This document shows positions 19,597 to 28,508 of a stretch of 64,000 bases of DNA, piece after piece (position 1 is the first letter of the stretch; each line of letters opens with the position of its first letter). The translations under genes were made by a program, and so were the position numbers. Origin of the DNA: an uncultured virus (IMG/VR IMGVR_UViG_3300035034_000734). Its lineage: Duplodnaviria; Heunggongvirae; Uroviricota; Caudoviricetes. The notes below the pieces were generated by a model. The model was not told where the DNA came from, made no database searches, and saw only the letters and a program-made list of their open reading frames with translations. Location: the IMG/VR virus record IMGVR_UViG_3300035034_000734; one strand, written 5' to 3'.

Positions 19597-20255
19597 TAAG
19601 AATAGAACAGTTTGAATCGATATGAAGTTAACCCTCCTCCCGGATTGGTTCAACTCAAGTGGAGCGATGACACTACTCCATGGAGAGATGTGACTGACCC
19701 ATATTGGGAACTGGCGATGTCTGGCGACAGAGTTCCAGTGGCTGTTCTTCACGCAGTCACCGGTGAGGTAGAGTTCTATGAGACAGCGAGTGAGTGTGCG
19801 CAATCACACGGGCTTAGTCCTACTGCACTTAATTATCGGTTAAAGTCAAAAGGACAAACGGTGTTCCAGGACGGATACGCCTACAGTTACTACATCGATT
19901 CATTCTAAATTCTATTACGGTCCTGTTGTTCAGAAATGGATGACAGAATTCTCTCTAATTGCTGGGACTCCCTGAGAGCCCGACGCACCACAGTGTGGCT
20001 GGAAACGGCGAGCACGATGGTTTGAAAAGCGTGGGATTGGGAAATCAGCAGCGAAGCCTCTAAGGACCGCCGTGAGGTGGACTAGGAGGAACGTTCAACG
20101 ACTAGGGCCTTATCAGCCTGTACCTGCAAGTGCGGGGAAATGGGAGACACCCTAACCAATTCGGAAGGGTGAAGATATAGTCTCGACGTCCAGTGAAAGC
20201 TGGAGCTGCGTTTCAAGACGCGGGGTAAGGTTAACGCCCTTACCTGAAGGTTTCG
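19597..20255 (+). mobile_element. group I self-splicing intron (probably subgroup IA2), 659 nt
   Basis: P AATTGCTGGGA 19957-67, Q AATCAGCAGC 20043-52, R GTTCAACGACTA 20093-104, S AAGATATAGTC 20172-82. P7 GACTA/TAGTC, P3 TCTCTC/GGGAGA, P8 CACCCT/AGGGTG, P9 with GAAA loop. Exon 1 ends in T and the intron ends in G. Splicing restores MDD|PKRANFVSIQ in frame. Confidence 0.93.
19612..19908 (+). pseudogene. truncated intron-encoded homing endonuclease; only a NUMOD1/IENR1-like DNA-binding module remains
   Basis: VAVLHAVTGEVEFYETASECAQSHGLSPTALNYRLKSK is NUMOD1-like. No HNH, GIY-YIG or LAGLIDADG motif. TTG start with no clear RBS. Lies 5' of the intron P2 helix. Confidence 0.65.
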
Positions 20256-21386
20256 CCGAAACGAGCAAACTTCGTTTCCATTCAGAACTCTCACGTAGTT
20301 CAAGCCGAAGGTTATCGCGCCAGTCCCTTGAGGACCGGCTACGAGCGGATGATCCCGCATCGGGTTGACGATCTCTTTGCGTATACAGCAAAGCAAGACG
20401 GCGAGATAACCAAGAAGGACAAGTACCACGTTACGGTGCAGTACAAAGACGGGACGGAAGTCAAGGTTGAGTTAGGGCGTCGTTATGGTAAGACCCCTGG
20501 CACCACGATTCCTCACGACGTGCAGTGCGATTTGGAAGTCGGGAATAAAGTCAAGGAAGGAGACACTGTCTCGTTCAATAGCGGTTTCTTTGAACGCGAC
20601 CCACTGAGTCCGAATCAAGTTTTGATGCGCTCTGGTATTATGACCAGAACTGCGATCATCGAACGGTCGGATACTTGGGAGGACGCGTCGGCGATTTCTG
20701 AGAAGCTGGCAAAGAAACTTGGGACGAGAGTGACGAAGGTAAGGACCATCCTCGTCAGCTTCGATCAGTCGATTCGGAATCTGGTTGCAACGGGTACCGA
20801 CGTCGATTTGGAAACTATCCTATGTACGATTGAAGACTCTGTCACCGCGGACAACGATCTGTTCGACGAAGATAGTCTTGACAGCTTGCGTCTGATGTCG
20901 TCAAACACACCAAAAGCAAAAGTCTCTGGGCAAGTCGAACGGGTCGAAGTGTTCTATCACGGCGACTACGAGGACATGTCTGAATCGTTGCTGGCCATTG
21001 CTAAAGAGTCTGACAAGGAACGTGTTAAACGCCTTAAGGTTTTGGGTAAAACCCCAACCACCGGCCAAGTCGATGGTAGCGTTCGGATCGATAAAGATCC
21101 GTTGGATATGGACAGCATGGCGATTAAGGTGTACATCACTAAGAACTTAGGAGCTGGTGTTGGCGATAAAGGCGTTCTGGGTAACCAGATGAAGACTGTT
21201 TTCAGTAACGTAATGACCGGTGAGAACCGGACCGAGAGTGGGGTGGAGCTGGATGTGATGTTCAGTTATCTGAGTATCTCGAATCGAATCATCCTAAGTC
21301 CGGAGGTGATGGGTACCACCAACACACTTCTTCGAATCATGTCTAAGAAAGTGGCCGAGCGCTATTTCTCCAAGAAGGGGCAATAA
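20256..21386 (+). CDS. rpoB: virion RNA polymerase beta subunit, exon 2
   Basis: Frame is open from 20256: PKRANFVSIQNSH..PLRTGYE..TWEDASAISE..GVGDKGVLGNQMKTV..LDVMFSYLSISNR, matching RpoB motifs. Confidence 0.9.
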   Translation, partial: PKRANFVSIQNSHVVQAEGYRASPLRTGYERMIPHRVDDLFAYTAKQDGEITKKDKYHVTVQYKDGTEVKVELGRRYGKTPGTTIPHDVQCDLEVGNKVKEGDTVSFNSGFFERDPLSPNQVLMRSGIMTRTAIIERSDTWEDASAISEKLAKKLGTRVTKVRTILVSFDQSIRNLVATGTDVDLETILCTIEDSVTADNDLFDEDSLDSLRLMSSNTPKAKVSGQVERVEVFYHGDYEDMSESLLAIAKESDKERVKRLKVLGKTPTTGQVDGSVRIDKDPLDMDSMAIKVYITKNLGAGVGDKGVLGNQMKTVFSNVMTGENRTESGVELDVMFSYLSISNRIILSPEVMGTTNTLLRIMSKKVAERYFSKKGQ

Positions 21387-21389
21387 ACC

Positions 21390-21605
21390 ATGAGTAGCAG
21401 TGAAGAAATGAAAACGCGGGAGTACGAGACCACAGCGGTCTTGTCGAACGCCGTGCAGGCCGGGGCTAACGTGATCCGTCGAGTGGCGGGTAACGACATC
21501 GCCGATGGCTTTGATGGAGAGCAGATCAGCGGTGATGAACTCAGCGCTACTCTGACCGCCAAACTCAACAGCTATCTGAAGAACCCGACAGGAGGTCAGC
21601 AATGA
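21390..21605 (+). CDS. small hypothetical protein
   Basis: 71-aa ORF tightly packed between neighbours with an ATGA overlap at its 3' end. Confidence 0.65.
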   Translation: MSSSEEMKTREYETTAVLSNAVQAGANVIRRVAGNDIADGFDGEQISGDELSATLTAKLNSYLKNPTGGQQ

Positions 21606-23050
21606 TCACTGAGAAAGTATTAGAGGCGGTAACGCCCCTGGCTCGGCAGCTTTCTGACAACGGTCACAACCTGTCAGCCGCTCAGGGTACTCCCCTGGGC
21701 GAGCTGGTTTCCTCAAACCTTTCGGCCTCTGCCTACGCACTGGCCAGTAGCCCAGAAGCACCTATCCCGAGTGGGATGCTCTTGGACGATTCCAAGTTCC
21801 GTGGTGTGTCGGGGGAGGTTGAGCACGACGTAGCCATGAATGAACTGGTGAATCTGGCCTCTAAGGCCATCACTGGTAACTTCGACCTGGCGCGAAACGG
21901 TGTTATCCCAGCGGTAAAACAGGTGCACGACGAGTACAGTACGTTCATGCGGGCAATGGAAGTGGACGCCAAACAACCGGTCAGCATTGTTCCGAACGTG
22001 TACCACGACATCTGGAGCAACCCTCAATTGCAAGGTTTGGTCGAGCGGTTTGAGAACGTGGCGCTTAACGAAGCGAAAACCACCATCTCCTTCCCGATGA
22101 TCGATGGGTCGGCCTTGGTGGAGATGCTCAAGACCGGTATCGATTCGTTTGACGGTGTGGTTCAAGATTGGTTTGAAAACCAACCCATCGACAAACCGAT
22201 GCAAACCTACCATAAGGTTTTTGTTGGTGGAGCGCCGGTGGGTCGTCAGACTAACGCTGTTCATCGGACACCGGAAGGCGATCTTGACCGCAACGATCTT
22301 CTACTGGTGTTCATGATTGCCAGCAACTTCGAAGAGCACATGCCCGATGGCATGACTGTGGAGTTGGATCGAGTTCGTCTGATCCTGTCTCGCATTCGGG
22401 AGCAGGCAGGTCGTGCAATCAATGCTGAGTTCAAACGGCGAGATCGTGATCGCCGAATCAAGAACTTGGTTTACCGCGTGGCTAAGTACGACTGGGAATA
22501 CACCACCGACGGTCGCACTACTGTGATGGTGAACAACGACGTCTACAAAGCGTTCCTGGAAGAAGGCGGTACGCCAGAAGCTATTTACGGCGCCGTGGTT
22601 ACAGGCGGCTCTACGGAGTATCATTCTCTGGTAGAGAACAAAGAAGTGAACGAGAAGCGTTGGGCGAAGTACGCTGCCTTGCATTCTCAAAAGGTCGCTG
22701 CTCAGATCTACACCAGTCAGCGTGAAGCGGCTCGGCGCGCCATGACCAAGTTCATCAATGACCAAGATGTTGAAGAACTGCCTTTGGACCGTGTCGATAT
22801 GCATCAGCGGGTCCTGAAGGTTCTGGGGGGAATGAATCCAAAAGACTTCCAAGATGACCTGACGGCCATTCGTTGTTTGGTGTGTGACGTACTCTACGCT
22901 CACACCAACGTGAGGATGGTTCTGGACGCCATGGACGCTGCTGGTACCAACGACCCTAACATGAATGCTCGAGAGTGTGCCCTGATGTCGATCATCGATC
23001 TGGTGGCTCGTTGGATGGCGTCTCAAATCAACGTTAAATACGGCAAGTGA
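21602..23050 (+). CDS. conserved head-morphogenesis-region protein (phiKZ gp177-like position)
   Basis: 482 aa, GGAGG RBS, syntenic between vRNAP beta and the protease. Confidence 0.6.
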   Translation: MITEKVLEAVTPLARQLSDNGHNLSAAQGTPLGELVSSNLSASAYALASSPEAPIPSGMLLDDSKFRGVSGEVEHDVAMNELVNLASKAITGNFDLARNGVIPAVKQVHDEYSTFMRAMEVDAKQPVSIVPNVYHDIWSNPQLQGLVERFENVALNEAKTTISFPMIDGSALVEMLKTGIDSFDGVVQDWFENQPIDKPMQTYHKVFVGGAPVGRQTNAVHRTPEGDLDRNDLLLVFMIASNFEEHMPDGMTVELDRVRLILSRIREQAGRAINAEFKRRDRDRRIKNLVYRVAKYDWEYTTDGRTTVMVNNDVYKAFLEEGGTPEAIYGAVVTGGSTEYHSLVENKEVNEKRWAKYAALHSQKVAAQIYTSQREAARRAMTKFINDQDVEELPLDRVDMHQRVLKVLGGMNPKDFQDDLTAIRCLVCDVLYAHTNVRMVLDAMDAAGTNDPNMNARECALMSIIDLVARWMASQINVKYGK

Positions 23051-23058
23051 GGTGAGAC

Positions 23059-23775
23059 ATGAACCTGTCTGAGTTTGAAAGAGACCCAGTTCGGGTTCAG
23101 TCGCATCTGCGTGAAATGGACGATGGGTCGGTGGTATCAAAGAAGCCTTGCAAGCTTTATATACCGGCTCGTTTTCGTGACAAGAACCTCGCCACCGTGG
23201 GTAACGAAATCTACGTGTTGGGGATCTTCATGTTGACGGTGGAAGACCGTTACTACGCGGTTAACAACATCAACGCCATGATGCGTATTGAACCGTCCTC
23301 GATCAACACGGTCGTGCTGAACGACAAGGATCACTATGAGTTCGTCTTTGAGGCGGGTGACTTGGTCTTTGCGTCCACAGATTTGGTCAAGAACGACAAG
23401 TTGCTTTACTACATCTTCGATGAGATCGTAGCCAAAGGCAATGTACCGGTCTATTTGGATTACCTGGATTTAGGTCGTATCTTTGATACGGCGCCTAAAC
23501 ATGCCGGGGTGACGTTGGCCAGTACTCCCACCATACTGCACATGCTGCTGTCGGTGGTAGCACGCGACCCAGACAACCTGAACCAGTTCTTCCGGCAGGT
23601 TACCAATGGTAAGGACTTTGAGCGAGTGAAGTTTGTTCAATTGCGTAGCAGTACGCATGGGGCAAACAACACCACCGCACGTCTATTGGGCTCACACTTC
23701 TCAGACAACCTGGACAGTGCTCTGGTGAATCCGAGTGACCGTGAGGAAAACGTCGAACGCATTCTTCGCATGTAA
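23059..23775 (+). CDS. conserved protein (phiKZ gp176-like position)
   Basis: 238 aa, GAGGTG RBS, directly upstream of the protease. Confidence 0.6.
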   Translation: MNLSEFERDPVRVQSHLREMDDGSVVSKKPCKLYIPARFRDKNLATVGNEIYVLGIFMLTVEDRYYAVNNINAMMRIEPSSINTVVLNDKDHYEFVFEAGDLVFASTDLVKNDKLLYYIFDEIVAKGNVPVYLDYLDLGRIFDTAPKHAGVTLASTPTILHMLLSVVARDPDNLNQFFRQVTNGKDFERVKFVQLRSSTHGANNTTARLLGSHFSDNLDSALVNPSDREENVERILRM

Positions 23776-23788
23776 AGGAACGGCTATT

Positions 23789-24550
23789 ATGACCGAACGT
23801 GTCATGTTCAATAACACGATCCTTAAGGGGATTAACAAGGGTGGCATTCTCAAGCCTGACGAGAGTGGCTACTACGATATGGTGCTGGGCGCCTTAGGTG
23901 TCATGAACAGCGCCGGTGAAAACTACGTCAACACGGCCGTCGCTCGTCGTACGTTCGAAGAGAACGGCACGTTGATGCGCCGGATCAATCAAGGACTTCT
24001 CCGCGGAGAGTACGGTCATCCCGACCCTGCGGAGAGCCCAAACTTCTTGGCGTTCGAATCTCGGGTTCGTAAGATCAAGGAAGACCGCATCTCACATCAC
24101 ATCTCTAAGGTGTGGTTGGAAGAGATCGAATACAAGGGTAAGAAAGTGTTGGGGATTATTGGTAAGGTGAAACCCTGCGGTCCTCATGGGAAAGCGCTGG
24201 AAGACTCTATCAACAACCCAGAAGAGAACGTGACCTTTTCCGGTCGATACTACTCGAACGTAGCTAACGTGCGGGGCGTTCGTCAACGTGAGATTCATAC
24301 GGTGGCGACTTGGGACTTTGTGTCCGAACCGGGCATTGAGTGTGCGAACAAGTATGCCTCGCCTTCGCTTGAGTCTATAGGCGACATGATGATCGACGAG
24401 GCGCAGATGCAAGCGGCTGTAGATCAGGAAGAAGAAAACCAAGAACTGGCGATGTCAATGGAATCTTCTGGCATCACCGCCAAGGTCTTGATGAAGGACC
24501 TCGGCTTCCAGACCAAGACTCGAAGCAGGCACGGGTATTTGAACTGGTAG
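23789..24550 (+). CDS. prohead (head maturation) protease, phiKZ gp175-like
   Basis: LRGEYGHP (His), TFSGR (Ser) and TWDFVSEPG (Asp) motifs of S21-like prohead proteases; AAGGA RBS before ATG 23789. Confidence 0.88.
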   Translation: MTERVMFNNTILKGINKGGILKPDESGYYDMVLGALGVMNSAGENYVNTAVARRTFEENGTLMRRINQGLLRGEYGHPDPAESPNFLAFESRVRKIKEDRISHHISKVWLEEIEYKGKKVLGIIGKVKPCGPHGKALEDSINNPEENVTFSGRYYSNVANVRGVRQREIHTVATWDFVSEPGIECANKYASPSLESIGDMMIDEAQMQAAVDQEEENQELAMSMESSGITAKVLMKDLGFQTKTRSRHGYLNW

Positions 24551-24559
24551 GTTAGAAAG

Positions 24560-24598
24560 ACAGCATAGGGGGAGGCCGAAGCCTCCCCTTTATGCCGA
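24560..24598. terminator. bidirectional terminator hairpin with GCATA/TATGCCG flanks
   Basis: ACAGCATAGGGGGAGGC-CGAA-GCCTCCCCTTTATGCCGA between convergent genes. Confidence 0.8.
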
Positions 24599-24838
24599 TT
24601 TGGCAGAACGAACGAATAAGTCGTGGAAGTCGTCTTCAGACTTGAACTCTTCGTGACCGTTTGGATACTGCAAAAAGAACCCACCGACTTCTGGGCGGTG
24701 GCGACGCATGTACTGGTCACTGGCGTCGACGGTGTACGTGACTCCGTCACACTTTCCAATTAATCTAGACTTACCGTCGACCAATTCCTCGATACTGTCT
24801 ATTTGTAATGCTCGTAGTGTGTCATAGATACTACTCAT
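24590..24838 (-). CDS. small hypothetical protein
   Basis: 82 aa; PEVGGFFLQYPNGHEEFKS..F resembles a common small phage beta-barrel motif. Confidence 0.6.
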   Translation of the reverse strand: MSSIYDTLRALQIDSIEELVDGKSRLIGKCDGVTYTVDASDQYMRRHRPEVGGFFLQYPNGHEEFKSEDDFHDLFVRSAKSA

Positions 24839-24929
24839 CGCTTGCCCCGTCCTTTTAGTGTCTGTTATTGTTAACGCTTCACCGTCTATACGATGACAGA
24901 ACCACAGGAACTCGTCGAGAGAGATTGTT

Positions 24930-25484
24930 GTGAAAAAAGACTACGGTTACCTAAAGTTAAACCCGAAAAAACCCGTCTTATTCCTGGATTTGGATGGCGT
25001 GCTGAACAACTGCATGAGTTCGACCGCCGCTTGGTATCCTGAGACGGTCAGTCGTCAATGGTTCGGACACGATCATATCGAAGCACATAAGGCCGATCTT
25101 CTGATTTCATTACTGAAACACAGAGAGGCTCAAATCGTGCTAGTCTCATCTTGGGTTCGGTGTTACTTATCAGCCGAAGCGGTTGAGATTATGGAACTAA
25201 AGACGTTCTTTGACTTCGATGACTTGAAAGGCAGTGTGAACACCACCGGAGGGTCGGATCGAGGTGAGAGCGTACTCCAATGCGTTGAATTCCACGGATT
25301 GGATCGTTGGGCGGTCTTAGACGACGCCGATCAGCTTTACGATCTAACGCGATTGGGTCCAGGTCGCTTGTTTGCACCACACGGTCGATACGGCATCACC
25401 GATCAACTTCTGGAGAGCCTCGATAATGAAGCTCTCTCAGAAGCTCCTGAAGAGGCGTTTGTTCCACCATGGCGCCTTTCTTAG
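24930..25484 (+). CDS. HAD-family phosphatase (Swiss-Army-knife RNA-repair type)
   Basis: FLDLDGVLN (DxD), IVLVSSW, RG, WAVLDD motifs. Confidence 0.8.
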   Translation: MKKDYGYLKLNPKKPVLFLDLDGVLNNCMSSTAAWYPETVSRQWFGHDHIEAHKADLLISLLKHREAQIVLVSSWVRCYLSAEAVEIMELKTFFDFDDLKGSVNTTGGSDRGESVLQCVEFHGLDRWAVLDDADQLYDLTRLGPGRLFAPHGRYGITDQLLESLDNEALSEAPEEAFVPPWRLS

Positions 25485-25544
25485 CTTCTAGCAATACGTT
25501 GGATGTGTGACGTCTGAGAGCCCCTTACGGGCCACTCCAGATTA

Positions 25545-25568
25545 TTTCAACGATATATCATCGAGGTG
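25545..25568 (+). promoter_or_regulatory. putative early promoter
   Basis: TTTCA-acga-TATATCAT-cgag-GTG; upstream GGCCACTCCAGA is shared with the copy at 47033. Confidence 0.7.
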
Positions 25569-25687
25569 CCTTAGACATAGAGTCCTTTCCTGCGTAATTC
25601 GTAACAGGGGAGCTAGCTTGTATGTCAACAGCGCAACACGCGTGTAGTGAAAGTAAAATACAAACCCGATACTAAGGATATCCTTTT

Positions 25688-26158
25688 ATGTCTGACGTTA
25701 AACCTCATATCACCGCTCTTGCGAAAGAGCTGAAAGCTGGAATGAAACTCGGCGACGGTGGTGTCATCGAAGCAGATAAGGATCTTTACGAAAAGACCCT
25801 GCCCGATGACATTGACCTGGACACTGCCAAGAAAGTCTACAGCCACACCGAAGATCTCGTTGCCGCGCAAACTCTGGCCACCAGTCAAATCGGTGAAGAG
25901 GCGATGAAGAAGAACAAGAAATTGGACAGCGTATCGTCCGAGCTGAAGGTCGGTAAGCATGCCGAAATCAACGTTGGCTACCTGCGCAGTCAGCAGCAGA
26001 CCATTCGCAACATGCAGAATCCAAAGGAAGCCCCGAAGCAGGTCACCAAGTACGGTGTCACCACCGCACGGGTCAAGACCCTGGGTCAGAAGAACCGCGG
26101 TGAACTGAAGAAGGTGAAAGCCGACATCGCCGCTCGTGCTGAATCTATGTTCAAATAA
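25688..26158 (+). CDS. Lys-rich hypothetical protein, probably early
   Basis: 156 aa, TAAGGA RBS, its own promoter motif and terminator. Confidence 0.75.
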   Translation: MSDVKPHITALAKELKAGMKLGDGGVIEADKDLYEKTLPDDIDLDTAKKVYSHTEDLVAAQTLATSQIGEEAMKKNKKLDSVSSELKVGKHAEINVGYLRSQQQTIRNMQNPKEAPKQVTKYGVTTARVKTLGQKNRGELKKVKADIAARAESMFK

Positions 26159-26173
26159 GTTTGACTACTCAGC

Positions 26174-26224
26174 TAGACTGGGGAGGGGCTAACGCTCCTC
26201 CCTGGTTTTATTTTTTTTTGTCTT
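26174..26224 (+). terminator. intrinsic terminator
   Basis: GACTGGGGAGGGGC-TAAC-GCTCCTCCCTGGTT followed by a T run and GTCTT. Confidence 0.8.
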
Positions 26225-26296
26225 GGCTTGGAGAAATACGGGAATCTTATGAAACTAGAAGCTTACAACCGCAATCAATAAAAACGACAAGGCACG

Positions 26297-27001
26297 TTGT
26301 TTAAACGATCCTTCGTCTGGGGGAAGATAAACATGATTAACCGCATCAAGTTATTACTTGATCCTCACTTCATCCGTTTTACTTCCGACTGTTACCAATG
26401 GTCGTTAGATGCTGAGTCCGAGTATCAGGCGTTATCAAACAGCAAACAAGAAGACGTGGATGCCTACCGGCGCGGTGTGAGTTACCGACAAACGGCGGTG
26501 GATCTGGTCAACGTTGAATTCAAAAACACAGTGACCGAAAGTAAAATGGGGTTGATCACGATTGGGGATCTTAAGCGCTCGTGGCGCATCGTCTCTCGTA
26601 GAGCGCCCAAGGACCCTCTTGGACTCGCTTACACGTGGTTTATCACTAGAATCTCGCTGTACGTACCTGACCGTAAAGGGCAGGTCCATCGACCGATGTC
26701 CGATGGGTTGACCCGTCAAGAGATAATCGATACCTTGTTTCATCAATTTCTCGATTGGGCAGAGACGAACAACTACTTAGGGGCATTAAGTCCAACTCCT
26801 GAGAACCCCGCGTTCATCGATGAGATCGAAGGTCTGTTTGTAGGGACGATTGATGTGCTGACCGAAAACAACCTGTACGTTCAACAGATATTTAAAGACA
26901 CACCCATCGAAAAACAGATGACCATGTCAACCTTGAATAAAGAAACTCGAAATGCTATTGTTGAAGCGTACGAATCGACGCAGCAACAAAAGGCAAACTA
27001 A
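26297..27001 (+). CDS. hypothetical protein
   Basis: 234-aa ORF; start uncertain (TTG 26297 or ATG 26333). Confidence 0.6.
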   Translation: MFKRSFVWGKINMINRIKLLLDPHFIRFTSDCYQWSLDAESEYQALSNSKQEDVDAYRRGVSYRQTAVDLVNVEFKNTVTESKMGLITIGDLKRSWRIVSRRAPKDPLGLAYTWFITRISLYVPDRKGQVHRPMSDGLTRQEIIDTLFHQFLDWAETNNYLGALSPTPENPAFIDEIEGLFVGTIDVLTENNLYVQQIFKDTPIEKQMTMSTLNKETRNAIVEAYESTQQQKAN

Positions 27002-27033
27002 CCACACATTGAGATCGTGGTTGAGGAGTGTGA

Positions 27034-27501
27034 ATGAGGATATTTGATGCACTGGGTAGCGTGCTCGAGGAGAAGGTCTCAGTAGTAAAGTTAGACGTGG
27101 TGTTGGGAATTGGTTTTGTGGATGAAGTTATTCAAGGCGTGGAAGTGAATAACTTAGTCTTGAGATACAAGCAAAATTACAACATCGACATCTATCAACA
27201 CGACATTGCTCGAGCCATATATCTGGACCACTTGCATCAGTTACATGTATTTGATCATGCGAACAACATGTCCCTGCAAATCGATTACTACAGAGACACC
27301 CTGTCCGTCATGTACGAGTGGATTGGAAGACACAAACCAGTGTTCAGTAGCATCCAACGTAAAGATGCGTTTGATCTGTTTATGATGCTCTGCGAGAGTC
27401 ATCGATGTTACAGCGTTCTTTTGATGGAAGGGTCCAACCTAGAATTCTTATTTAACTATATTTACCTGCGTGATTTCATGGACCACACGAATCTCCATTA
27501 G
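27034..27501 (+). CDS. hypothetical protein
   Basis: 155 aa, GAGGAG RBS. Confidence 0.65.
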   Translation: MRIFDALGSVLEEKVSVVKLDVVLGIGFVDEVIQGVEVNNLVLRYKQNYNIDIYQHDIARAIYLDHLHQLHVFDHANNMSLQIDYYRDTLSVMYEWIGRHKPVFSSIQRKDAFDLFMMLCESHRCYSVLLMEGSNLEFLFNYIYLRDFMDHTNLH

Positions 27502-27511
27502 GGAGGACTCT

Positions 27512-27883
27512 ATGACTTTCACGATTTACACCGTCCAAATAAATAACCTTAGGGCCGCTTATCAACGAAATATTCTTTCAGTTGACATTACCGTTAAATC
27601 CGGGAGCAAGGTCTTTGCCCCTACGTGGGATATGGTTATGTCGGTGAAGAACGGAGAGATCGATCAGCAGACGTACGTTGCTTATTACGATCAACTCATG
27701 AAATTGTCTCAAGAAAACGAACCTCAAGCGTGGGGGGCGATCTTGGCTTTGGACGAAGTGGCGTTGGCATGTTACTGCAAACCCGGTGTATTCTGCCATC
27801 GCCATTTACTTAAAGATAAACTTATGTCTATCCATCACCAACTTGGCAACGACGTCGTTGACGGTGGAGAACTCTTATCGTGA
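27512..27883 (+). CDS. DUF488-like protein
   Basis: DITVKSG..FAPTWDMV and VALACYCKPGVFCHRHLL (C..CHR) motifs; GGAGG RBS before ATG 27512. Confidence 0.7.
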   Translation: MTFTIYTVQINNLRAAYQRNILSVDITVKSGSKVFAPTWDMVMSVKNGEIDQQTYVAYYDQLMKLSQENEPQAWGAILALDEVALACYCKPGVFCHRHLLKDKLMSIHHQLGNDVVDGGELLS

Positions 27884-27893
27884 GGAAACCTGT

Positions 27894-28295
27894 ATGTTAC
27901 GTAGTGAATTGTTTACCGAAGACGTTTCATCCGACGATGAGATGACACTAAGCATCGAACAAATTGCTGAGGCCGTCCACGAAGCCAACAGAGCCTATTG
28001 CTTGGGTCAGGGCGATCACAGTCAACCTATTTGGGAAGAGTGCAGTGAAGACGTTCGTACGGGTACTCTCGACGGCGTGATGTTTCACTTGGACAACCCA
28101 ACTGCCGGGGCAGATGCATCGCATGAGAACTGGATGAAGCACAAGACCGACGAAGGTTGGACTTACGGCGAGACTAAATCCGAAGCCGATAAGACTCACC
28201 CTTCCTTGGTGGCGTTCAACGATCTGCCTGAGAAAGAGAAAGTTAAAGACTATCTGTTTGAGTGCATGGTCCGAAAGTTAAGCGGGTTTAAATAA
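27894..28295 (+). CDS. RyR-domain-containing protein
   Basis: SHENWMKHKTDEGWTYGETKSEADKTHPSLVAFNDLPEKEKVKD matches the RyR repeat pattern H..W....GW.YG.....K.HP.LV....L...EK.KD. Confidence 0.85.
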   Translation: MLRSELFTEDVSSDDEMTLSIEQIAEAVHEANRAYCLGQGDHSQPIWEECSEDVRTGTLDGVMFHLDNPTAGADASHENWMKHKTDEGWTYGETKSEADKTHPSLVAFNDLPEKEKVKDYLFECMVRKLSGFK

Positions 28296-28345
28296 AACAG
28301 CATAAACGGAGAGGCGTCGGCCTCTCCTTATTTTTTGTCTTAGAT

Positions 28346-28461
28346 AAAAAAAATGGGCCGGGAACCCCCAACCCTACAAGAGTCCGGGAACCCCCAGCCC
28401 CAATGTGCACTCCCTGTGCGGTTCCTCATGGATGCACCGCCGTGACACGATGCATATCATA
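28346..28461 (-). ncRNA. candidate ~115-nt small RNA
   Basis: Minus strand begins TATG, forms hairpins including GCAC-AGGGA-GTGC, and ends in a GU-rich stem plus T8. Lies between two terminators with no ORF. Confidence 0.45.
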
Positions 28462-28508
28462 GACGGAATAAGAGGAGAGCCGAAGCTCTCCTCCTACGGT
28501 TGGCTGAC

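Noticed and set aside
16621..21386. Genome-wide TAA recoding as the explanation for the internal stop
   Set aside because: TAA ends many genes at plausible C-termini, often next to terminators or coupled starts (e.g. 1818, 23775, 38997), and the other long genes have no internal stops.
26249..26296. Upstream ATG in frame with ORF 26297, separated by a TAA at 26279-26281
   Set aside because: It would add only 16 codons, in-frame coincidence is a one-in-three event, and downstream starts exist. No support for readthrough.
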